From positions 115,506,001-115,570,000 of the forward strand of contig OZ024743.1 in NCBI GenBank assembly GCA_964016885.1: DNA of 64,000 nt, in the 5' to 3' direction. Under the pieces are notes generated by a model, which searched no databases, was not told the origin of the DNA, and was given only the letters and a program-made list of their open reading frames with translations. The position numbers and the translations under genes were made by a program. Shown here piece after piece: positions 14,901 through 28,919 of this stretch. Source of the DNA: Eledone cirrhosa. Taxonomy: Eukaryota. The stretch's first letter is position 1; every line of letters begins with the position of its first letter.

Positions 14901-15308
14901 TCCTTCGCCAATAGAATTTTTGCCCCAACTTAGTCATGTAGCCCCATTTTTACTTGTAGCTAATAAGTTAAATTGCCATGAACAACTCGATAATTATAAG
15001 TTACCTCCCCTTCATTGTCTCTCAATTAAAACATTTAAAAGTTAGCACCTAACTATAAACACTCACAATTTCTAATCTCTTGAGAAGTTACTTCCCCTGA
15101 AACCACCCTCTAATTAGTAAGGTAAATATGCCCTTTGGCAGCCATATTGTTACCCATAGGCAGATCTCACACAATGCAACCTCGACATATGAATACTGCT
15201 TGATTATGGCTGACAACTGATGCAACCAAGACACCATTATAAATACCAATATATGGAACACTATATTATGTAACATTATCCCATTATTTTAATTTATATT
15301 CCTTTGAA

Positions 15309-15428
15309 GTTCCGATGAGCCACTCTGTTTTTTAAATATGTTAATTATTTTCAACTGAACCAGATCAATTATGATATATAATCATCTGATCCAGAAATAT
15401 TATATGGAGTAGCGAAGCAATTGTAAAT
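15309..15428 (+). ncRNA. Hammerhead ribozyme fold, mutated core (GAAG)
   Basis: GTT-CCGATGA-GCCACTC...GAGTAGC-GAAG-CAATTG-TA|AAT. Paralogue of 6672-6791. Confidence 0.55.
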
Positions 15429-15509
15429 GGACATTATTATTAATATTATTATTATTATTCTCTACATCCTTACATCAAACTAAAATATGTTGACAATCTT
15501 TTAATAATC

Positions 15510-16101
15510 TACGGCTTAATTCAGGATGTTTGTTTACAAACACACCGAGCATTATAATAAATGTTCGGTGAATCCATACGTACATATATATATATGTGTG
15601 CATGTATGTATATATGTATATATATATATATATATATACATACTACTGTACGTCTGTATACATATATGTATGTACGTATACATACTCATATTTAAGTAAC
15701 AGCCGTACTAAGAGAGAGAAATAAAATTTTGTTTTATTTGTTCCGTTTATCGTTTTCGGTACCCCGGCCGATTAACTCACTCGATATGCAAATTAGGCTG
15801 CTCAGCCGTTAATATGCATAAGGAAAGTATATACTTTCAGACGTTCAACCATCTGGCAGGAAGGTATACGTTGCTGACGATAGCTAATTAGCTTGAAATA
15901 GTACAGCGTTTCTTTGTCAGTGTTGAACAAATGAGCAACGATTGTTGCTGGACACTATATGGCTTCATTCTTTGTTCACAAACACACCGAGCATTATAAT
16001 AAATGTTCGGTGAATCCATACGTACATATATATATGTGTGCATGTATGTATATATATATATACATACTACTGTACGTCTGTATACATATATGTATGTACG
16101 T

Positions 16102-16105
<4 letters not shown>
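15510..16105. repeat. Dispersed repeat family X, with internal duplication
   Basis: 15535-15680 is repeated at 15972-16105. Homologous to 5760-6119 and 61480-62020. Confidence 0.75.
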
Positions 16106-16190
<85 letters not shown>

Positions 16191-16191
16191 T

Positions 16192-16266
<75 letters not shown>

Positions 16267-16267
<1 letters not shown>

Positions 16268-17033
16268 TAGCTGTATAACCCGGGTTTATCCATGAGATTT
16301 GGTTCACTGATAAGAATTCAACTTCTTTTCTCCACCAAGAAACCAAAAATCACAAAAAGGGAACACGAAAAACAAAAAAAATATTAAGAATAACAAACCG
16401 AAATCCTGATAAGTTTACTGTCAAATAAGGTTGAAAACAGAAATATGATTTTGAAGTGAAAAACGAACCACCGGAATGCCACCCATTTAAACTGCTTATT
16501 GTAGTTAAATAACTAATGAAATGCAAAGTATACTTTATTAATTTGAATGTGTTATTTATGAAGTAGAAGTCTGCTTAGAACGCGCAAAATATAAAATCTC
16601 GTAATCGAGCGTTCACGATACTGACGTGACGTTTAAAGTCGGCCTTCACTTTGGCTAGCCGTTTACTAGTAATATAAAGCCAAAATGGACTTTCTCCGTA
16701 ACCATGGAAGCTTGTAGTTTGAAACTCGACCCAACGTCCGACCACTTCCAATTTATATAGTAGAAATATATGCAAATGTGTGCTCTGTATGTAAATGAGG
16801 CTAATGTATATATGTGTCGAAATTATATGTCTTCACCAATATTGAGTGCCACCAGAGAGCAGGATAAGAGAGCACTGTCTTGACAACGACCAGAGTCAAT
16901 AACGGCGTCATCGACATTTCTCCATCGTTTGCTTCTGTTGGAGTTAATTAGATGGCGGTGCGCCATCAGTTTCCAAATTCATAGCTGAAGGCTTTGAAAA
17001 TGTTTATTTATAAATATACCATATATCGCTAGA
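16267..17033 (-). mobile_element. Possible Helitron-like element
   Basis: The terminus ACTAGCTGTATAACCCGGG resembles the ACTAGCTGAATTACCCGG end at 3770. The far boundary is uncertain. Confidence 0.35.
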
Positions 17034-17379
17034 TATACAAAATACTCACACACACACTCAAATACACACACACCACGCCACAACCAAAACCAACGCCTGT
17101 GGAGGATTTTCCACACTCCGACCTATCCCAACTGGAGACATACTGTGATGATGAGGAGGAGTGGCAAATGGTTTCAGGAAAAAAGAAATAAGCAAACAAT
17201 AAAAAAGTTATGACAGCTATACCACCACCCACACCAGCATCACCAGCCCCATCACCACAAACACTAACAACATCACCATCATTAACTCCAACACCACCAA
17301 CACCAACACCTCAAAAATCATCACCAAAAAGCGAAACAGAAACAAACCCACAGCAAACGCAAGCAAAACAACCAAAACA

Positions 17380-17415
<36 letters not shown>

Positions 17416-17630
17416 GGGTGGTGCATTGGCAGTATAGGTAGAGTCTCGGACAATATACTTTGCAGTATAGAGTCACGAACCTTTACGTTCTGTTTTCAAA
17501 TCCGCCAAAGTTAGCTTTGCCTTTCCTCCTTACGAAATCGATAAAAGAAGTACCAGGAATTCACTGGAATCGATTTAATCGACTTTCTCCTCTCCCCAAA
17601 TTACTGGCCTTGTGCCTAAATTAGAAATCA
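17416..17630 (+). mobile_element. SINE family A, older and longer variant
   Basis: Diverged match to 1298-1482 with an extra GATTTAATCGAC segment. It follows an (ATT)n tract. Confidence 0.75.
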
Positions 17631-17840
17631 TAATTATTATCATTACTATTATTTTTATTAAGCATCTTGAACCGTCATGCAATCAAGTAATGAATTTAGT
17701 TTAGGGAAAAAGTCAAAATTGAGAAAAGTGTTTGTTGGAAAATATGTGAAAGAATGACAAAATGCATAGACATTACCAAGAATTCGTGAAGATCATTATT
17801 TAAAAAGGAATCGGCCCTTGTGGCCAATAAATGAAATCAT

Positions 17841-18017
17841 TTGGCACTATTGGTAGAGGGTCGGACGCCATGCTTTGACGCATAGAGTTACGTCCCTTGC
17901 CATTCTGAGTTCAAATACCGCCGAGGTTAACTTTGCATTTCATCCTTACGGGGTCGATAAAATAAAGTACCAGTAATACACTGTATAATTGCTGGCCTTG
18001 TGCCTAACGTAGAAACA
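17841..18017 (+). mobile_element. SINE family A
   Basis: Matches 1298-1482. ATTATTTAAAAAG is repeated upstream (~17795) and downstream. Confidence 0.85.
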
Positions 18018-18408
18018 ATTATTTAAAAAGAAAAAAAAACTCATAGGTATATATTTTGTTGAGTGTTTATAGACAATGACGTTAAAAATTTAATTAGTAT
18101 TCATTTGATTAAAAATGTAGGTAGGAAAGATGAGATTATTGTTCACTATCCTAGACAACAAAATCAATTATAATTATATTGGTAAATAATATGAAGAAAT
18201 GCTGAAGTATAATGATATTATAAAAACTGGAATATTCAATTAGGTATATACAAATAAACACAATATTTTATATATTTCTGTGAATGTGTGTATGTGTGTG
18301 TAGACTATTGAACGACAACCTGGCTTCGTTGTTTCGTGTTTTCCAATATGGTTTTGGTTTAAACAATGTTTTATGAAGAAAAATTGGTTGACTATGCAGA
18401 AACTTATC

Positions 18409-18483
<75 letters not shown>

Positions 18484-18658
18484 TAAACGGAAAAGAAAAT
18501 GGTGACAAATTGTTCACAGTGAAAAATAGTTTAATTAGGAATAAGTGAGAATTAGTAATACTATTGGTTAGTATTCAGTTTTGGTTTTAAGTTTTACCGG
18601 TTGCCAATTTCAAATGCTTTTCAAAAATAATTTTGAGATAGAGCGTCCGTGATGTTTG

Positions 18659-18722
<64 letters not shown>

Positions 18723-18727
<5 letters not shown>

Positions 18728-18842
18728 AACAAGTAAGACCCCGGGGGTCTTACTTGTTCCTATTACCCACTCTACTACCCTAAGTATTGTGTACTTTGGT
18801 GCGTTATGGTCCACCTGGTTCCTTACCACATTTCCTTCGTTT
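18723..18842. mobile_element. Mini fold-back insertion in (TA)n
   Basis: Perfect 20-bp hairpin ATAGGAACAAGTAAGACCCC-G-GGGGTCTTACTTGTTCCTAT plus an ~80-bp tail. Related termini occur at 37561-37580 and 48241-48262. Confidence 0.65.
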
Positions 18843-18996
18843 TATATATATATATGGCTTCTACAGGACTAGAACTGTTTCATTCGGGAGAAACCATCAG
18901 GGCTTGTAGAAGCCATTTCATATTAAATATTTATACTCTGCTATGTATTGAGTACTTTAGCTTACTGTGGTTAACCCCGATTGAACACGAGATAAA

Positions 18997-19033
<37 letters not shown>

Positions 19034-19080
19034 ATATATATATATGAACATTGCAAACTTGACTGTCACCACATATTATG

Positions 19081-19115
19081 AACCTGAAGATTGCGAATGC
19101 ATGAAAGTACTTGTT
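19081..19115 (+). ncRNA. Minimal type I hammerhead ribozyme fold
   Basis: AAC-CTGAAGA-TTGC-GAAT-GCAT-GAAA-GTAC-TT|GTT, in a short insert between microsatellites. Confidence 0.6.
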
Positions 19116-19319
19116 AAATTAAACTTAGAATTTAATGTTCTAATCATACTATTTCATTATAATACCATTATAAATTTTAAAGGATTGTAAATAAAACGAG
19201 TAAATCAGACAAAGTTGGAATTCCTCTTATTAATATAATCTTCTATAAACAATCATACACACCCGTGTATATTTATCTATCTGTCTATCTATCTATATAT
19301 CTATCTATCTATCTATCTA

Positions 19320-19441
<122 letters not shown>

Positions 19442-19660
19442 AGTGATATTGGGAGAGAGAGAAAGGGAGAGAAACAGATAAAGAGAGGGAGTTGGACAGA
19501 GAGAGAGAGTGAGAGATGTATGTCAAGTAGAATGGGACTGAATTTGGGTCTGTAGCATAAATATGGATTTGCGGCACTGATCTGTGTAACGTTCATCACT
19601 GAGACTATTCAACAAAGGCCTCAGTGTGAAACCTCATCTTGTCCTTCTTTCTCGCTCTCA

Positions 19661-19718
<58 letters not shown>

Positions 19719-19950
19719 TATATATATTTATACTTTCACATATTTTTATATTTGTATATCCGTTTGACCCGAAATAGGAGATCGATCTTCGCTGTGTGGA
19801 TAATTAGTTTAACCACCATCTCAGTGTGTTTGGCCTTTAACGTAAGTTGTAAGCTCTAATTCATTTGAATTATAGAGCGCTTGCCTCATAATTCGAAAGT
19901 GTTTTCTCGTTATTTCATGGGCTGAAATTTAATTCTCGCTAATTTTTACT

Positions 19951-20010
<60 letters not shown>

Positions 20011-20091
20011 TCTTTTAATATAAGGAATTTTTAATATAAGGAACTTGTTCTTTGTTTTTATCCATCGTTTTTATTAATTTATATATATATA

Positions 20092-20524
20092 GGTTTAGGG
20101 AAGCAGAACATTGCTTATTGTGATCCTGTTCGTGGTTAAGAAAGCCAGTTTCATTGACGGTTTCAACGTATGGTTAGGTGTAACTCCACAAGTTTGTAAG
20201 AATTCCGTTCAATCTTGGAGTATAAAGTATAAAAGAGAAAACATACGTAAGCATTAAGAGAAGATTTTTATCGAGGTATTTACGACCGTTTCATTGGTAA
20301 GTGTAACCTTTTATTTCTATACTGCAAATAGCAGCCACTCAATTATAATTGTTGTTCACGTCCAAATTTAGAAAGTTTTGAAAATTTGGACGTGAACAAC
20401 AATTATAATTGAGTGGCTGCTATTTGCAGTATAGCAATATAAGGTTAGACTTACCAATGAAATGGTCGTAAATACCTGGATAAAATCCTTCTCTTAATGT
20501 TTACCTGTGTTTTCTCTTTTATAC

Positions 20525-20525
<1 letters not shown>
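20092..20525. mobile_element. Fold-back element in (TA)n
   Basis: Arms 20226-20369 and 20382-20525 (~144 bp), with a left tail 20092-20225. The arms hold only a hammerhead-like 3' half (GAAACGGTCGTA). Confidence 0.8.
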
Positions 20526-20556
<31 letters not shown>

Positions 20557-20626
20557 AAAATAACAGTTTAAAGTTTAAGCAAAGTCTTTTATTATTATTA
20601 CTACATATATATATAAATATATATAC

Positions 20627-20670
<44 letters not shown>

Positions 20671-20915
20671 TTTAGAAATTAATATAAAAAATATTTTTAA
20701 TTTAGTTAACCTATAATTAATATTCTACTACTGATGAACTATATAATTTTACTTTCCTTCTTACAACTATCTTTTCCTAAAATTGATACCATTAAGTAAA
20801 CATATATAATGTTTTAATTCCAGGTTATGATTCTATGTTCCTTGAAATCTCTATATAATTTATTATTTCTCACTAATAAATTTAACCCCCCCCCCCCCAA
20901 TAATTATATATATAA

Positions 20916-20949
<34 letters not shown>

Positions 20950-21214
20950 TTTTTATATTTTTTTTAATTTCCCTCGTCTTTAACAGCACTCTTCAACTAC
21001 ATCTAACTCTTATTTATCATATCTATATGCATTAGTATAATTTTATCAATATAAATATACCCATCAATTAAATTAATTTATATTCTTTTCATAGATGTAA
21101 ATTCCATATATATTTTTTTCACTAACACTTTTATCGTAAAATTTTTGTCTCCTTAGATATTTACATTGGCATTATTCTTTTATAACAGCAACTTTTCGTG
21201 TACCTTTTACTGAC

Positions 21215-21682
21215 CTGACCCATTTTTCACCCCTAAAATAACCTTTTCATTCTTCATACTCCCTCCATTCAAAACTGAAATCTGCCTCCTTCTACCCCTA
21301 AAATAAACTTCAATTACTACTATTTTAGCATTTGGCCAATTATTAACTTTCTATTGGTTAATTCAAAACCTGTTCCCAAACAGACCTACTATATTAAATC
21401 TTTGTTGGATTTATTCAATGAACAAATATAATTATTTCTGAGGTCAGCATATGACCTATTTTCATCCCTAAAATAATCTTTCATTCATAATATTCTTTCC
21501 ATCCAAAACTGAAATCTACCTTCCTCTACCCATACATTAAGGTTCTTTTACTACTATATTACTATCTTGACCTCCACTATCTTTCTATTGGTCAATTCAA
21601 AACCTGTTCCCAAACAGACCTATTGTATTAAATCTTTGTTGGTTTTTTTCAATAAACAAAGATCATTATTTCTAAAGACAGC
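21215..21682. repeat. ~237-bp tandem duplication
   Basis: TGACC..TTTTCA.CCCTAAAATAA...AAAACCTGTTCCCAAACAGACCTA occurs twice. Confidence 0.8.
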
Positions 21683-21702
21683 CAATCCACCGCCCTCCTA
21701 AA

Positions 21703-21890
21703 GAGGGCGGTGGATTGGCAGTATCGGTAGAGGGTCGGACGCCATGCTTTCCAGCATAGTTACGCTCCTTTACGATCTGAGTTCAAATCCCGCCGAGGTT
21801 GACTTTGCCTTTCATCCTTACGGAGGTCGATAAAATAAAGTACCAGTAATGCACTGGGTAATTGCTGGCCTTGTGCCTAAAGTAGAAACA
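21703..21890 (+). mobile_element. SINE family A with TSD and 5' inverted duplication
   Basis: 18-bp TSD ATTATTTCTAAAGACAGC at 21665-21682 and 21891-21908. Confidence 0.9.
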
Positions 21891-22074
21891 ATTATTTCTA
21901 AAGACAGCATATATATGTATAGGTATGTATATTCCCTCTGATAGTTTGTAAAAAATTTACATAGATCTATAGGATATGCATACCAACACTAACATATATA
22001 TCGTAGAAACGATCGTAAAATGATGAAATTTTTAATATAAGGAACTGTTTCTTTCTTTATTCATTATTTTATTA

Positions 22075-22134
<60 letters not shown>

Positions 22135-22140
<6 letters not shown>

Positions 22141-22556
22141 GTTTGTAGTTGTAAGGCCAAGACAATGCAGGTATGAATATAGAATATAAATGCAAATGCA
22201 AAAGATATTGTTAACAATTAGTCTTTTACCTTAAATTTATTTAAATATCCTTAATTTTCGAGATAATATCTCTTCTTCGGAGGGAAGTAAAGTGGTTAAT
22301 CTAGTGTTTTAATTAGCATGACATGGCAAGCTAATTAGAACACTGGATTAACCACTTTACTTCCCTCCGAAGAAGAGATATTATCTCGAAAATTAAGGAT
22401 ATTTAAATAAATTTAAAGTAAAAGACTAATTGTCAACAATATCTTTTGCATTTGCATTTATATTCTATATCCATACCTGCATTGTATTGGCCTTACAACT
22501 ACAAACATTTATATCTCATTACACAATGCTTCAAGTGAACTACAACTTCCTCCTCA
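22135..22556. mobile_element. Fold-back element in (TA)n with paired hammerhead folds
   Basis: Arms ~22135-22317 and ~22330-22513, a 12-nt loop and a ~43-bp tail, with (TA)n on both sides. Confidence 0.85.
22364..22398 (+). ncRNA. Minimal hammerhead ribozyme fold (C4 variant); mirror copy at 22249-22283 on the minus strand
   Basis: CCT-CCGAAGA-A-GAGATA-T-TATCTC-GAAA-AT-TA|AGG. Confidence 0.6.
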
Positions 22557-22602
22557 TATATATATATAATAATATATAAGATGTGTGTTAGAAAAATATC
22601 TG

Positions 22603-23137
22603 TACTGAGGTCAGAAACAAATGTTTCGAAACCAAACTACAAATTACACGTTTTTCCTTTCGAATTAATTACCGTAGAGTGTATCACACTTTCTCCACTA
22701 CGCCTCCATTCGCTCCTGAAATGATTCACCAGGGTTCTCCACTGCTCCGTCGTCATCGCCCTCTCATGGGTTCCCCGTCCGCAAAACTGGTCGCAATCTA
22801 AGATCTGTGACTCATCAGCAGTATTGACACTTTGCAAGTCTCGTTCGGTTTCTTGACAGTCAAGGTTGTACTGACACATGCGTTGTTCAGCTGCTACGAC
22901 ACCATCTTCATGTAGATCTTTAGCAAGCCCAGATCTTCGGTGACAATCTTTCAAACACTATTGCGGTTCATGCCCAGCTTACTTGCGAATCAGTCGAACT
23001 ATCAGTCAGTCGACGATCGCCACATCTCACGTTCCTCAATAAATGGATTGGTAGATAGATCGACTGGTTGATATATATATATAGGTGTCTCTAGAGCGAG
23101 AGAGATAGAGAGATATATAGAGAGAGAGGGAGAGAGA

Positions 23138-23213
<76 letters not shown>

Positions 23214-23508
23214 TGCTACTGATAAACAGAACAATGCCAGAGTCAAATTGGTAGCATAGATTACACCGCGAACTGACAATATGCAAAATACGTCTTACAT
23301 TTGATGAAGAATGAACATATGACATATTGAAAATTCCTTCACTCCTCTTTAATGTAAACAAACTGCCGTTTATTGTAACACGCTCTTACCGTGTGACAGC
23401 TATACTTTACACTATAAACGATCGCTGTAAAGAACATAGCATGTTGTGTTCATATTGGCGGCACTTACAGCAATTAGCAAACAACACTTAACAGCCGGCT
23501 GCTTATGT
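22603..23508 (-). mobile_element. Degenerate mariner DNA transposon fragment, interrupted by (GA)n
   Basis: Minus strand 23045-22690 translates with frameshifts to DRRLT..IAS.LGMNRNSV.KIVTEDLGL...VNTADESQI (mariner HTH and TxDE motif). The termini are uncertain. Confidence 0.65.
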
Positions 23509-23511
23509 ATG

Positions 23512-23558
<47 letters not shown>

Positions 23559-23642
23559 CCTAAGCTGTTAATGATTTAAATTGTCTGCCGTTACTGTTAT
23601 ATTTGCGTTTAAAATTTCTGCATTTCCTCTCTCTCTCTCTCC

Positions 23643-23703
<61 letters not shown>

Positions 23704-24240
23704 ATATATATATATATATATAGGTATATATATATATATATATATATAGGTATCTGCGTGTGTTTGTGGGCGGTCGATTACCTCAGTGTGCGCCATCTTT
23801 AGGCTTGGTGTGATTGGAATTCAGAATATGAAGTAATGTAAATAAATACAAATAACATTTTTGTACATCGCTTCATCGTCCCTGTCCCTCACACCCCCTC
23901 TTCATTATAATCCTAATATGTTGGAGCAGTGATCACAGCAATAGAAGGGAAATAAGGAAAAAACAACAACAAAATATCCACGAGTAAAAAATTATACATT
24001 AAAGGGATGAGGAATGAAACAAAATAATTAAACAGATCATCTTGTCGAAATCATTGTAGCTATTGAATAAAGAATAAAAAAATATTTCTCGTATATGCTG
24101 ATAATGCATTCTTTCAAAATATTTCAGGGTTGGTTGAAATTAATTACATAGCTGCCGACGTTGTATTTTCATTTTATCCTTATTCCTTTCGATGTATTGA
24201 TATGTTGTTTAATTATATGCAAAAATATCACTATTATAAT

Positions 24241-24407
24241 TGTTTCTACTTTAGGCACAAGGCCAGCAATTACCCAGTGCATTACTGATACTTTATTTTA
24301 TCGACCCCGTAAGGATGAAAGGCAAAGTCAACCTCGGCGGGATTTGAACTCAGATCGTAAAGGAACGTAACTATGCTGGAAAGCATGGCGTCCGACCCTC
24401 TACCGAT
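24241..24407 (-). mobile_element. SINE family A
   Basis: Reverse complement of the 1298-1482 sequence, slightly 5'-truncated. Confidence 0.9.
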
Positions 24408-25714
24408 AATGAATGATAGGAAAAGGTATTTTTCTTGTAGAGGAGAAATTGGCGTCATTTGCTCGGACGTTATTTTCATTTCGTCTTAAATCAGCTACAA
24501 AACTGAGGAAAATTGATTCATATTCTAAAACATTTTATTGCCATATACACACATATGGGCATATACTTATACACCCATACATATACACATATGCTTAAAA
24601 CCATCTGCACTATTACGTAAACAGCATGCAAGCAGTTTTGCGTACATATGCCATGATTTCCAGGTACAAAAATACACACACATAAACTCAAATATCTATG
24701 CTTGTCCAGAATTATGAACGCACATACATATATACACAGCCCAAGAAATTAAAGGTAGTTGAACAAACACGGAACATCATATAAATACACATTCAAATTG
24801 ACAAACACACATACCCAGAGCATCTATTGTAAATTCACAAATAGGAACATTCAAATTTAATATAAATTTATGAGAGATATGCTCTTACATTCGCACAGTA
24901 AAAATAATACCACATTAACATAAATATAATTTTTAAACATACAATACACTTACTTAAAATTGAAATAAACATTTATTTTGATTATAATCTTTGTACTTTA
25001 AAGTGAATATTACAATGAATTAAAATGTCTACTATACTTATCAACATCATTTACATCGTTATTGAAGAAACGGTTGATGATTCTGATTTTTTTTTTAATA
25101 TGAAAGGGTTCAGTAATTTGCTAAAAGCATTGTGGAAAGTGTAACATTTGGTGTATATTTTAGAAGTCAAGAACTTAAATGGTTAAAAAATGATGATAAA
25201 GTTGTTCCAATGTTACCTTGGAGGTGTGTAATTAATCTATACAATTTCAGCATAAAATCCCCTCGCTAAAAGAAGATATGCCGAAACTAAATGCGATCAT
25301 GGTACTTATTCTTCAATTTTAAATCTGAATATGTTTTACAAATTTAATAGCAGGTGATAACTGATTCAACTGAAAAACTAAATTGAACCTTGAGTAGAAT
25401 TTTGTATTATGTATTGTTAGATAATTTGTCAACCAAGGATGAGTTGATTTCGGCTGTATTTGAACTCGGAACCTAAATAGCCGTACTTAATGCTTCAAAG
25501 AACTAATGATTCTGACAATCCACACACAGCTACAGGACAAAATAAAAGAGTATATTATTTTGTTTATTTGATATTATAACCGTTTGTGTTAGTTTTTGTA
25601 GTGATATAATATTGCTTTGTTGAACTAATTTAGAGAATTTATAACTTATATTGTTCTTATTTGTTGATGTTGTCTAAATTCCTATTTATGCATGGACCCG
25701 TAATTTCTTGTTGA

Positions 25715-26015
25715 GTCGTTGTGGTGCCGTAGGGACATGCAGCTTTCCTTGGGCATTTAAAACCTTGTGGAGCCCATCTCATCTGGTCTGAACACAACCG
25801 ATTTCTTCCAGAAAAGGTGTGAGAGTGATAGAGAGGAATTGAAATAAAAGAAAACAAAATCTACTCTAGTATAGTTGGAGCATTTGTTATCGACCTCGAT
25901 AGGATGAAGGTAAAATTAACTTTGGCGGGATTTGAACTTAGAGAACTGAAAACCAGAAGGAACACCGCAAATCCTTCTAAACGTCGTTCTAAGGACTCTG
26001 CCAATTTACCAGCTC
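25715..26015 (-). mobile_element. Old SINE related to family A with a distinct 3' tail
   Basis: Diverged core plus AAACCTTG.GGA...GAGAGTGATAGAGAGG, shared with 56085-56375. Confidence 0.55.
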
Positions 26016-27545
26016 ATAAACCTCTATAATCTTAGTAGATAGTTACATAATGTATAGTATTCCCAGTCGTGTCATGCTTGCATTGTTCGTTAGCTTTAGC
26101 ATTGAAAAGCCACTTAGAGTCTAATTAATACTATTATAACTATATATCATTACTGTAAAAGCTAGAGTATTGTTACATATTGCATTGGTTCTGCATTTAT
26201 ATCTGTAAGAGATAAATACAACCAAGGTATTAATTTAATGCGTCTATAATATTCATATTTTGCCTCTCGTTTCATTCGTATAGCCTGTATGCTACAGAGT
26301 TAAGAGATTCCTAATTACCTGTATGTCTGTATTAAATCTAATTATTTCATTCTTTATCTATCATGATATTAGTAGTTTTTATTAATTTCCTCTTCTTCAA
26401 GTTTAGCGCATTCTCATAACCGATATACAATTACTCAAGTAAATCGTTTACAATATTATCAGTGGTGTATATCAGTGAAGATAAAGAAAAAAATTAATAA
26501 GATGATTATATTATTGTAATAGGAATGAAATTCACTTTCAATATACGTTATTTTATTATTTACCTACGCCAGAGTGCCGTGGTTTGTCAGTATCGGTAGA
26601 GCGTCGGTTAACATGCTTTACGGCACAACGTCACGGATCTCTACGCACCGAGGTCCATTTAATCTATTTTCCGCTTCCCTTCAGATTTCCGGCCTTGTGC
26701 CAAACGTAGAAACAATTATTATTGTCGTTAGTGTTGCTGTTGTGTTTATTGTTGGTAATGATGTTATTAATGATTTTTTTTTATATTAGTGTTACATTTG
26801 TTGATGTAGCCCTAAAAAATGCAAGTTATCAAAATTCATTATCCCTGAGACCGCAGCAATTTATCTCCATAATATTCTCGAACGGATTGAAAGCTAACAA
26901 TGTGTCACCAGTCTAGCGAGAGAATGTTCGTGTTAATTCAGATCTGAAGTACTTATGATTTTTTTACAAAGATTACTGTCTCCGATAATACCGTAAATAA
27001 TCGACTCAATCAATAGGATATCGAATATTTATTCAGTAGAAATTGAAAATCTTACTGAATGTTTTTCTGATAAAGCCAATCTTCATTAGCTGTTTTCAGT
27101 GTTAAAATGTAGATTCATATCAGAATGTCATTTAGTTTTCAGTGACATTTTCAAGTCTTACAGCTGGCACGTCAGGTTGTTCCAAAGCAGTGCAAGCACA
27201 CACAAATAACAAGCACGCACACACAAATCACACACGCACACACACACACACACATATATGTATACACATGTTCACGCATGCACACACCGACACAAAGACA
27301 CATACACATGAAGACACGCACAAATACTCATACATGCATTGACACCTACACATATTGGGACATATGTGCACACAATGTAGAGTTGCACTTCCAGTCTGCT
27401 TATTGATAGACATACATATATACCAACAAACACCCAGAAGTGTGAGCTGTAAAAGCATAAAACATTTAACAGTTTAAATAATGCTACTGATGTAAAATCA
27501 AATCCAGATTCGAAAACCAGACAATCAACTATTGTATAATATAAT

Positions 27546-27726
27546 TGTTTCTACTTTTGGCACAAGGCCAGCAATTACCCAGTGCATTACTGGTACTTTA
27601 TTTTATCGACCCCGTAATGATGAAAGGCAAAGTTAACCTCGGCGGGATTTGAACTCAGACCATAAAGGGCCGTAACCCTTTGCTGCAAAGCATGGCGTCC
27701 GACCCTCTACCGATACTGCCAATCCA
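27546..27726 (-). mobile_element. SINE family A
   Basis: Reverse-complement match to 1298-1482. Confidence 0.9.
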
Positions 27727-28162
27727 ACAAACTATAATAAATTAAGGAGTGCGGGACTGCGTACGGTTTATAATTTGTTTATCCCATTAGTAAAATAGGT
27801 TGGATTACTTTGAATAAATAATGAATCAATATTACTTAATTTATCTACTAAATTTCGTGACTGTTGATTAAATATATTTTGTTTATTTAAAGATTCACTT
27901 CTTTAAAATTTCTGAAATATCAACATTTCCTGTTGGCCATCGCTTAAATAAATATTCATATATTTCTGTCACTAATTTTCTCCTAATGCAGTTTATATAT
28001 AATATCGTCTTTTTTAATGTATCATTGATTACGGTACTGATTAAATAAGACGGCGTAACGCAGTCTTCGTTCAATTTCTATGTATTATATATTGTCAATC
28101 ACGATGTTATTTGATGTATCATATCTACATGTATTATTATTATATATATATATATATATACC

Positions 28163-28196
<34 letters not shown>

Positions 28197-28919
28197 CTAG
28201 CAGAAAACCACCCGATGGGTGGATTTTCTGCAAGTATAGTATAATATTCATTCACATGCATTACATGTCTCAGAAAGAGAATTGTCCGGGAAAATTTGGC
28301 TATATTCTTGGTGGTGAGTTCCGCATTTCTCTAATATGCATCGCCTACTGCTGACAAATCTAATATATAAATTTCATGTTGGTATACTGAGAAAATCAAA
28401 ATCAAAATATAATATATAAATAACAAAAATTGTGAACAAATAAAATACGCATGGAGATAACAATAGTTATACCAAATATAGATACTAGATTTATATGCGG
28501 GTACATGGATTAAAGTCCTAATGACCAATGATAAGATTAATAGAGGCGTAAGTGGTGAAAGTCTCAAAGTGAGAACTGCGAATTGTAGGGGAGCCTATTT
28601 TAATCATTTCGAAAAATTGGTGGAGTAGAAGGGGAGAAAGAAAGATGTGAAAGAGAAAGAGAAAAAAGAAGTGAAAAAAAAAAGATAAGAGAGACAAAGT
28701 GAAATACGAAGAGAAAAAAGAACGAAGGAAAAAATGAAAGGACCAGAAATGATAAGTTTTCGTTGAAAGGCAATAAATTAAATTGTGGAGCAAAATCTTA
28801 CAGTTATTTTCACAGAAATCAACAGGAGACAAGCGGGCTCCAGGAGTAATAAAGGAGGAGTGAGTTAGTTGATATAGATTGGATACAGAGCCACGAGATC
28901 TGACCCTATGCTAGTTCTA

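Noticed and set aside
17210-17437. Pro/Thr-rich ORF with a poly-Leu, membrane-like tail
   Set aside because: It is made of (ACC)n/(ATT)n repeats running into a SINE head.
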